Below are positions 52,179 through 62,286 of a stretch of 64,000 nucleotides of DNA, piece after piece. Each line of letters starts with the position of its first letter. Positions within the stretch are counted from its first letter, which is position 1. A program made the translations under genes and the position numbers. Source of the stretch: Cycas panzhihuaensis (taxonomy: Eukaryota; Plantae; Cycadophyta); NCBI GenBank assembly GCA_023213395.1, contig CM041465.1:158417741-158481740 (forward strand). The letters are read 5' to 3'. The notes under the pieces are model-generated. The model did no database searches, was not told the origin of the DNA, and saw only the letters and a program-made list of their open reading frames with translations.

Positions 52179-52560
52179 GAAGCTAGCAGATAACTTGGAA
52201 ACTCAAAGCTTTCGTCGCTTAAGTTCCACCTTCTAACGAAACCAATAGTTTTGATCTTACTAGAAGATCCAACAACTGAATGGAATGATGAGGGGTGGGG
52301 ACTAGGCTATGGAGTTGGTCCAACCCTAATCTATAGAGGAGATCCAGCAGTTGGCCAAGTTAAATCTAGGACAAGGCAGGTAAGGTTGATCTGCATGGAC
52401 GTACCATGCTTTCCCTCGAATTCACAGCCCCAATAACACGCTTTTCGAACCTCCTTTCCTTCAAGCAACCTTAATTGTCGTGCACTGACCATACGGTCGG
52501 TTGGTCCCCTAGGGAATGCACCAAGCTTAAGGTTATTTCAGAGGCAAGGTTTGAACCTTT
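52179..52560 (-). promoter_or_regulatory. Conserved structured RNA element directly upstream of the Copia G gag AUG
   Basis: Homolog of 36031-36410; stems aaccttaa/ttaaggtt, gtgca/tgcac, gacc/ggtc and gcatgg/ccatgc. Confidence 0.55.
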
Positions 52561-54484
52561 TTCGGGCCTCTCCAACAAGATTTTTTTAAAGTCACTTTTT
52601 AGAAGGTTAAAGTGAACTTAAGATTTATTTTACTTGGATGATGTACTTATAAAAGTGCTTGATTAAGCTTACAATGAAAGAGGCTTCAAAAGAAGCAATC
52701 TAGTACATCAAATGAACACTTAAAGTGTTGTTACAATGAGCACTTAATGAGGTGAGAGTGCTATACAAATCCAAGTAAAAAAAGATGCTCAAGTACAATG
52801 AGTTTTGCAAAAATAAGTATTTGAAAAAATGCTAAGTACTCAATGAAGCAAAGCAAAACCTTGTGATGAAAGTACAAGGGGGTTCCTCTTAACGCTCAAG
52901 AGTGAAGAGAAGAAAACCACTTGCCAAATAGAGACACCAAGCACCAAGTGTTGGGACTTTAAAATAGTCCCAACGATAAAAAAATTAAGTGATTTTATTA
53001 AATAGGTCACCATGCAAGGTGCCTTAAAAAAAGTGTTGAAATAGTGATAAATATCACTTTTGACAAAGTATCAACACTTAAAATCACTTTCAACAATACT
53101 TTTTATCACTTATAAACATGGAATAAGTGTAAAATAAAGCTTGAAATGCCTAAAAACAAACGTTGAAATTCAATTTTTTGCAACTTTAAGCAATAAGGAC
53201 ACCACGCAGGGAGCCTTTGAAAATGCTTAAAAATAAGTATTTTTAATCTTCAAAGAAGTGAGATTGACTTAGTATTAGTGATTTAATGAGATCACTAAGT
53301 ACTAAGAAGATTTTTAGCTCCAAAAGTACAAAAAAAATGATTTTTCCCTTAAGAAAATTTAAACCAAAGGTCACCATGCAAGGTGCCTTGACTAAGAAAA
53401 ATAGCTTAATAAAGAGGGAAATATCACTTTTGATGTGGAAAATCACTAAAGTACCTTGGTTTAGTCTCTCTCTTACTAAAATGGAGTCAATATGATTAAA
53501 GAACTGAGAGAAGTGCTAAGGTACCCTTGAAGTTAGCTTAAAAAAGTGAATTTTTATACTTAAAGTGACTTAAAAAAACACTTAGTATAAACTTTAGACC
53601 AAAGAGATTATATAAAAAGGAATATACCAAGGATATTCCAATGTTTATAACCTAATGTTAAAAGGTAAATGTTAACAAAACGAAATTTTTGAAAAAAAAA
53701 AAAAAAGGTCAATGGAGCCGTCGTCGTTCGTGCGCCCACGGAAATGAACAGATCGTTCGTTCTGTGTATATACTCAGAGGAATCGCTTGAGAATTCAAAG
53801 GCAAGTCTTCATTGGTCCAATAGAGGTGCAGCTCAGATTTGAAGTGATTTGACTTAGTCTGCAAGGAAAACGAAGCAGGAGAGCTAAAACAGAGGGCGCA
53901 CAAGGCAGTGAGAGAAAATGACAGTCGTACGGCTATCTAGGGTCTGAAACCCTTCTACACTGCACCAAAAAACTTCTTTGAGGTTTGATACACCTGCATG
54001 TGAGTCAGTACGTGGACAGCCAGTCTGATTTAAGAGAAAAGAACAGAGAAACCTCAATTTCTGAAGTAGAAATCATTGAAAACAGTGATAAATTATCCCA
54101 TCTTTGTTAGAGAAAATGTAGAATATCAGCTATAGATTAGAGACAATTGAATAACACAGGTCTGCCCCCCCCCCTTTTTTTTGCAAAATAAATTTTTCTT
54201 AAAGAAAATTTAAGGAAAAAGCATTGTTTTTGAAGAAAACAGTGTTGCACCCTTGATAGAGATCTGCAAAAAAAAAAAGGAAAAATTCAGATATGAAAGT
54301 AGCCTTGCTCCAACTTTTAGTACTGCTCCAGAAGCTTGAACCTACAAGAAATAGGTCTCAACAAACCTTGGATCACCTTCGGAGGGCGAAGGTCGTCACC
54401 AAGGGTTTGTAACCCTTCTTTGAATCTCCTTGAGCAGAAAAAACAGAACAGAGGGAACTAGTCTCCTCTTGCTCTGATACCAAA

Positions 54485-55039
54485 TGTGAAAATTGGCCTA
54501 ATGGCCTTACAATCCCAAGATCTAGAAGCTAGGTTCACTCTAGTTCTAGAAAGCAACAAATGCTAAACAAGTATGAAACTCTAAGATGAAACATAAGCAA
54601 GATAAAGCATGAAAAGAATGAGCAAGAAAATGATACCAAAGATGAGGAGTTGGAATTGGTCCAACCTCCAAATGAATAACAGTTTGATTAACAAAATGGC
54701 AGCATAACAATACAGCTCCAACTCTCTATATAAGAATAATGAGGAGAGGTCTCATTATATAGAGTGAAAGGAGAGACCTAAGGCATTGGATGTTTGACAA
54801 GTGTCAAACATCCAAGGTACATGCCTTACATGTAGGACATGTGTCTTTTTAGGGCTCTCAAGTGAGCAAAAGTGCATGGGGGTCTATTTGACCCTTTAGT
54901 GACAATGTTGTGTCAATAGAAAAGAATGTGGATGTGCACTTTATCACTTAAGTGATAAGTCACCCCTAAAGTACAAAAGTACAAATATTATATGAAAAAT
55001 AAAGTACATAGTCTTAACATGTAAACATAAGGTTTAACA
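54485..55039 (-). repeat. Copia G 5' LTR
   Basis: Direct repeat of 47426-47969, next to the Met PBS. Confidence 0.93.
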
Positions 55040-57662
55040 AACTAGACGTATGTTACAGTAAGAATAAAGAATAAAGAGATATAAAAAGGAGGGTGAAATT
55101 GAAGAAGCCCTCATTTCCAAGCTGAGAATAGATGGTAGAGGTCCCTCCAAAAGCATCTCCAAAGGGAGAGGAAGATTTGCAAGAGGAAGATCCTCAGAGG
55201 CACAAGGCAAGTCTATATCAACAAACCCCAAAATCTACTATCAATGTGGAAGACATGCATATCTTGCTAATAATTACGAATTCTATAATGTGTCAAGATT
55301 TAGACACAACTTGAAGAATGACTAATTGATTTATTATGAGAGAGATGATCTCCTTAAATATACATGAAGAATTGTAACTGCTATGTGTCTTGATGACATG
55401 TGTCAGACATATGTCTAAGTTACATAAAGAGGGGTTAAGACATTGTCCTCAATTAATCCTAAGATAAAACATTATATCTTAACACCCTCTCTTAATGTTT
55501 TATCTATTCAATCCTATTTTATCTTTAAGGATTTGAAACATGTCCTTGCTAAGTGGTTTTGTTAAGATATCTGCAATTTGCTTATCTATTGGACAGTATG
55601 CCAAGTCAATTTCCTTGTTCTGCACCTTTTTCCTCTATGAAATGATGATGCACTTCAATATGTTTTGTTCATCCATGGAGTACAGGGTTTTTGGTCAATT
55701 TGATAGCACTCTGATTGTCACAAAACAAAGTTGTTGACCCTTGTTGTTGTTGATCCGGATCTAACAGAAGTTGGCTCAGCTAGATTGCTTCACAGGAGGC
55801 ACTAATAGCTAACATATATTCTGCTTCAGTGGATGAGACAACAACTGTAAATTGCCTTTTGTTGCTCCAGGAGATAGCTACTGATCCCAAAAAGAAGCAG
55901 TACCCACTTGTTGATCTCCTCTTTTCTTTATCTCATGTCCAGTCTAAGTCACAAAATCCAATTAACTTGTTTGATTTCATTTTTGGATAAGTGAGTTTTA
56001 AATCAGTTGTTCCCTTTAGATATTTGAGTATTCTTTTAGCAACCTTCCAATGTCTCGTCTTCAGATCTTACATATATCTAAAAACTAGACCCACAAAATA
56101 TGAAATGTCAGGTCTAGTTGCAGTGAGATAAATCAAGCTTCCAATTAGTTGCCTATATAGTGTTGCATCAATCGTAATTTCCCCTTCAACTAGAACCAGA
56201 TCACAATTAGTTTCCATAGGAGTTGCACAACTATTGCAAACTTTCATTTTGAACCTAGTTAGCAAATCTTTAATGTGTTTCCTTTGAGATAATGTGATTG
56301 AGTCTTCCTTCTGATTGACTTCTGTTCCCAAATAATAATTCAGAAGTCCTACGTCTGTCATCTCAAAGCCCTTTTCTAGTTGAGCCTTTATGTTTGATAT
56401 TGATTGTGTGTCACTTCCTGTGAGAATCATATCATCCACATAAACCACAATTATTGTGATCAGTCTATTTCTTTTCTTTGCATATAAAATGGAATCTGAG
56501 CTACATCGGAGGAAACTATTCTGAGTGAGATATTTATCCAGTTTGGCATACTAGGCTATTGGGCCTTGCTTTAGCCCATATAGTGCCTTCTTTAACTTAC
56601 ATACAAGATTTTCTTAGCCTTTTCTAACATATCCTTCTAGTTGTCTCATGTAAACTTCTTCTTTGAGCTCCCCATTCAAAAAATCACATTTTACATCCAA
56701 CTGATAGATTTTCCAGTTGTGTTAAGCTGCTAAGCAATTATTGTTCTCACAGTATCTAATTTGGCTATTGGTGAGAACGTTTCTTCAAAGTCTATACCGA
56801 TCTGGGTATAGCCCTTTGCTACAAGTCTGGCCATGTGTTTTTCTATTCTACCATTAGCACTTTCCTTTATTTTGTATACCCACTCGCAATTGACCACAGG
56901 GTTGCCGATAGGTAAATTGACCAATTTCCAGGTTTGATTTTTGCAGATTGATTCCATCTTAGCATCCATTGCAACTTGCCATTCTTCATGTTCCTTTGCT
57001 TCCTCAAAGGACTGTGGCTCTATATTGTTGAACAATGCTTGATGCCTTTAGCTTCTCGTCCTATGTATGAACACATCTCCTTTCCCTTCTTCAATTGTCT
57101 TAAGGTACCATTTTGGTACCCTTTTTTCCTTCTTCTTTTCTTCTTCAGTGATTGAGCCTATGGGAGATAATTCTTCCTCCTCAGTGGTCGAGCTTTCACG
57201 AGACAATGGCGCCCTCTATGATTCTTCTATGTCATCAAGTTTTGTATCTTATGAAGTAACTCTAGAGATTTATTCTACAAGAGGTTCTTCTTGAGATATC
57301 CTCTTTGGTGCTTCTTCAATTATTTGAAAAGTTGGAGTATTTCCAATGATATCATCTTCATTAAAGATGACACCTTCGCTTATATAGATCTTATTAGTTT
57401 TTGAATCTATACATTTATAACCTTTTGAATTTTTACTATAGCCCATCATTATGCATTCTATACTTTTAGAGTCAAGTTTGGACCTCCTTTTGTCTGGTAT
57501 ATGAATGAAAGCCTGACATCCAAAAAGTTTCAAGTTACTTACATTTAGTTTACACCCAGTCCAAGCTTCGTGTGGAGTAACTTGTTCCAAGGCCTTTGTT
57601 GGACTTCGATTTATGAGGTAACCAGTTGTATTTACCGCTTCAACCTACCAAGTCTTTGAGAT

Positions 57663-58068
57663 TGTTAGAATATAATGTTTAATGTTGTATATGCCTAAGT
57701 AAAGTGTGTCTTAGGGTCAATAGTCATAGTCTTAAGTATTAGGGTCTAAGAGTCGTTTATTATTATAGTAATATGTGGGAAAATAAAAGCTCATTGGTTA
57801 GTTAGTTGGTGTAATGTCATTGGCTAGGTTAGAGGTAATTGTCCCACATGCATCACATCTCTTGTATGTTCTCCCACCTATTTTGTATATAAAGGTGGTT
57901 GAGTCTTGTATCAGTAATCAAGTCATCATTAAGACTCATGTTGAGTCTATGATGCATGAATCTTCTGATGTTATCTTATTTGTGTTATGTTAATACAATC
58001 TTTTGTTTTGTTCGTTGATATTGTTGGTTATTATTGATGATGAATGTCTTCCATGTTAAAATCTAGCA
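57663..58068 (+). repeat. Element J 5' LTR
   Basis: Direct repeat of 61882-62286. Confidence 0.93.
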
Positions 58069-59482
58069 TGGTATTAGAGCAGGCTATCCTGCTGAAAGCA
58101 GAAGAATGAGAGAGGAGAAATCCAGTGAAGAATAGAGCATTCAAGCAAGGAGGTGGCTCCATTAAGTCATTGCCAGATTAGAGATCGAATTGGAAGAGAA
58201 ATTCAAAGTCCCGTTGATACGAAGTGAGCCAAATGTTGATGTGAAATAGGAATTTTACCAGGTAATATCACTCTTTTATTGTGTTATATGAAGTAGCCAT
58301 GTGTTAGGGTTTACCTTGAAGTTGAGGCCAGCATGTATGGAGAAACAATGACATTTGAGGGATTGATGTTTGGAGGTTGTTTGTTGGATCCGTGTTTTAA
58401 CTACCACGACATGTCTATAGAAGTCTGCTTGCCAGTGTTTATTAGCTGCCTGCATTGATTTAGGGTTTGGTGAAACCTTAACCCTAGGCCTGTTACAAGT
58501 AAGTGTTGGGATGAAGAAGGTTTTGGCCCTGTTAGCATTGTGTGGAAAGATTTATGGTCATGGAAAAAGGCATCCAACCACCTATTCATCACTAAAGAAA
58601 AACTTGAGTGGGATATTTGCATAGGGAAAAACCACCCAAACGAATAAAGTCTGCTATGAAGAAAGTGAAGAGGGCACAAAATAACTATAGAGAGGCACAT
58701 GACATGTTGGACAAGCCATCGACAGGTACGTCCATGCTGTTCTGTTAAAGCCCAGTCATTTTTGAAAGAATTACTCTAAAAGCAGCCTCAACATAATAGT
58801 CTATGCAAACCATCCCCAACTCAACCATCTTAATAAACGACTCTAACACGCGGAATAGTGTGAGTGGGAATGAAGGCCTTGTCAGTCCTATAGGAGATTT
58901 GTTGAATGCAAGAAGTCGACACACTTGAAAGGTGTGTTCATCCCTATCCTGGGAGAACGTCGAGTCCGCTCATCTTTTGTCCATATGATTGAAAGAAAAT
59001 TGTGGATATTTTGTTGAGCATCTCTTAGAGAATTGTAGACCGCAATCATTTCAGTCTTTTCATTTGCGGCTGGTAACCACTTGGTTAGATACATGGTTTG
59101 TTCCAGAGAATTCAAGAGGGCTAACAGAGACTCTACCATACCTCAACTTTCTATCATCTAGTCATCAAACATATCATATCATGTTGCTATGAATTCAGTA
59201 GGGATTCATGGATAAGCTTTGAAATACTATACAGTGCTACTTGATTTGAAGTCTGTTGCGGCAGAAGGGGGGTGTAGAGATCAATCAAAGAAACAATTAT
59301 AACACAATTTTTGTCTGCTCCATTGTGCAATCATATTTGCCTCTCTTCACTCGTCTCAGCTCCTATCCATATATGTTGCCTGCTCGTGCATCAGCCACAA
59401 TTCCTGACTTTTGACGGGTTATGTCTCTGAGTCACAGCTTATTGGGCAGAGGCAACACCTTTATGCTTGAGTCTTCCCTATA

Positions 59483-59790
59483 GGCTCCCATTCGTGTCTC
59501 GAGAAGTGCAGTTACTACATCGAGGAAGGAAACGTGAACGTAGCCGAGGAATGCTAGGTTTTGGTAGGGCACGAAGGACGTCACCACTACAAACTTAGAA
59601 ATCACACATGTGGGGAGACGTGCAAGTTATTCGAGCAGTCGTCCAAGCATAACAAGTCCTGCTCTCTGAGGTTGAGACACTCCTGCCCTCACAAGTGCAA
59701 TTCTTCTCAACATACGTGCAAGCTGAAATGCTCGCTTCCCAGGTGTGAGAATCCGTGTGTGGTGTCCTTCGAGCGTGGTGAACATGCTAG
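59483..59790 (+). pseudogene. Captured fragment of a Cys/His-rich (NF-X1-like zinc-finger array) host protein gene
   Basis: GSHSCLEKCSY..EEC*VLVGHEGRHHYKLRNHTCGETCKLF..KSCSLRLRHSCPHKCNSSQHTCKLKCSLPRCENPCVV: repeated HxCxxxC units, richer in GC and CpG than the flanks. Confidence 0.65.
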
Positions 59791-60394
59791 ATCAGAAGGT
59801 GCAACCGAGTCCAGCAGTGATTAACATCAAGATTTTTTGTGGAGATGACGAGGTGCAAAAGCTGCATTTGGAGGCAGTTATTGCTATGGCGGCATTGAAA
59901 TAGGGTCTCTCTGTTTGCAAATGTAAATGTGTGGAGTGCCTTTGGAGGTGCGTAGTTGAGAAGGGCCATGTTTCCCCCCTTTTTTATCATCCATCGATTG
60001 AATAAACGTTTGAAGCTTGCCCGTTCATTTATTAATCACAAATTGATACATTACGCTGTATCAATTTAGCTCTTTATGACTCCTTTATGATTAAAATCGC
60101 CTTTGGTGTTGAATATTAGATGTTACATCAAGTGATTTTTATAAGCATTCTCTCAAGTTAGTGAATATGGTGATTCACATTTCTTTACCTTTTTGATGGT
60201 AACATGAGGTGATTATATATTTTTACATGTGGTCATTAATGGGCGAGTAAGGACAAGTTTTGGGCTAAAGCTATCAATGTCAATGTTGGAATACATTGAT
60301 TGACAGTAGGGCAAGTTATTTGGGAAAGATTCTTGATTTGACATGGCTATAAGACATAATCCTTGAGTAATGTTTTCATGCTCAATTATACAGT

Positions 60395-61887
60395 ATGGAG
60401 TTAAGTGAGGCCATTACCTTTGTAGCAAAGAAAAAGGAGTTTTGGGTAACAGACACCAACATAGCTTTGCCTAAATATGTTGGAATTAACTTTCGAATAT
60501 GGAAAATTAAAATAGAATGTGTTTTTAGAATAAAAGGATTGTGGAACATTGTACTTGGAAGAGTTTCAATTAATGAAGAAGGGGAGGTAACCTTCAAAAG
60601 GAAAAATAGAGTAGTCATTGATGCAATGGTTGCAACTTTCGACAAGGAGAACCTTCATCCTTCATACCACTTTCTTGTCCAAACTCTTCAAAATACTGAC
60701 TCAGCTAAAGACACCTGGAATCTGCTAGCAGAAGTACATGAAAAAGGCTATGAAGAAGTGCAGAAGAATATCAAAAGGACAAGGAGCCAAAGGAAGAAGC
60801 TAAAGAGGAAAGCTAAAAATCAACCTGATTCTAGTAAGGTCAATCCACGCATAGATATCCCTAAAGCGAATGAAAGATTGAAATATAATGAAGGCAATGA
60901 AAACTTGGGTTCACCAAATGTTTTGAGACTCACCAAGATGACAGGAAAGTCTGAAAGAGTAAAAGTTGAAGAATCTGAACCTTAATCTTTGCAGGTAATA
61001 CTTCATGGAGACACCTGCGCTCTGACAGAAGGTATGGGCAGTATTATCCTAGTTTGTGTTGACAGATTTGTAGGCAGGATTCAAATGATGTTGGGATATA
61101 CATTGATATGCACATATTAGAGACTATCTATGATTGCACTCAATTCAGTCACATATTCTATTTTCATCTTTGAAAGAATCCAAATTATGACAGCATATCC
61201 TACAACAACTCTAGAAGGTTCTTTTAAAGAAAGAAGGAACATAGACAGAATACTATATGATCAAAATCTTATCCATCAAGATAGTTGTATGCTTTGGATA
61301 GGCTACTTAATCATGAGGTTCAATCATGTCAAAGTAATGGTCCATTTTTGTGTAGCCATAATCAGGAAATGTGTGCATATAGTCATTACGAGAATCTTAA
61401 TCATACATGGTACAAAGAATTTTTGGGAAACATGGAGAGGACAAGGCATCTTGTTAGTTCTAAACATGCATCAAAACAGGCAAAATTAGGAAAGGGATCA
61501 TTATTGCCCCTTTCCTTCCAAGGAGGTGACCAATGCCTCAAAAAATTAGTCATCCTAGTAGGCTTGAAGATAAACAAGGAGGACACTACTTGCTTCATGG
61601 AGTTGAAATCACATATAATCATGTTTGATCTAGAAGGACCACACCTCCACCAGGAACATACAGAAAGAATCATCAAACAGGAAACAGGAGGAAGCATAGC
61701 AAACACAACATACAGGTTTTACAGCTTTTTGATTGAAGACAAAGCTTATAACATCGTCTTCAGAAAAATTCCAAGACACAAGAAATGGAAGTTCAAACAA
61801 GTCAAATCCTATATCAGTTGTGTAAGTCTTGTCAAGTTGTCCTTAGTTATTGTAGTCTCAACATTAAACATTAAGGGGAGGTGTTAG
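60395..61887 (+). pseudogene. Element J ORF: Copia Gag N-terminus fused to an unrecognised C-terminal region running to the PPT; at least two lesions
   Basis: LPKYVGINFRIWKIKIECVFRIKGLWNIVLG and SAKDTWNLL (DUF4219/UBN2-like), basic RTRSQRKKLKRKAK. ORF 61130 is in the same frame after two stops; ORF 61285 is frameshifted and ends NIKGRC* across the PPT/LTR, as Copia pol does. Confidence 0.75.
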
Positions 61888-62286
61888 AGCATAATGTTGT
61901 ATGTTGTATGTGCCTAAGTAAAGTGTGTCTTAGGGTCAATAGTCATAGTCCTAAGTATTAGGGTCTAAAAGTCATTTATTATTATAGTATTATGTGGGAA
62001 AATAGAAGCTCATTGGTTAGTTAGTTGGTGTAATGTCATTGGCTAGGTTAGAGGTAATTGTCCCACATGCATCACATCTCTTGTATGTTCTCCCACCTAT
62101 TTTGTATATAAAGGTGGTTGAGGTAGTGTATGTAATCAAGTGATCATTAAGACTCATGTTGAGTCTATGATACATGAATCTTCTGATGTTATCTTATTTC
62201 TGTTATGTTAATACAAGCTTTTGTTTTGTTCATTGTTATTATTGGTTATTATTGATGATGAATGTCTTCCATGTTAAAATCTAACA
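61882..62286 (+). repeat. Element J 3' LTR
   Basis: Direct repeat of 57663-58068. Confidence 0.93.

Larger units (their letters stand above)
47426..55039 (-). mobile_element. Copia G, full-length, same lineage as Copia E
   Basis: LTRs 47426-47969 and 54485-55039; TSD gacta/aacta; PBS gctctgatacca 54471-54482; PPT 47970-47976. Confidence 0.95.
46085..55290 (+). mobile_element. Copia H 5' part (truncated LTR 46085-46155, PBS, UTR, gag), interrupted by Copia G and then by Copia I
   Basis: ..ttaaCA then PBS tggtatcagagc 46156-46167; gag MGSGYSLSDFDKLTEQNYNAWKLKMKG from 46884 to 47425, resuming 55040-55290 up to a zinc knuckle. Confidence 0.82.
57663..62286 (+). mobile_element. Element J: non-autonomous (pol-less) LTR retrotransposon with a mosaic cargo leader and Gag-fusion ORF, inserted in the Copia I integrase
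   Basis: LTRs 57663-58068 and 61882-62286; TSD gagat/aagat; PBS tggtattagagc 58069-58080; PPT aaggggagg 61873-61881; no RT or IN. Confidence 0.93.
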
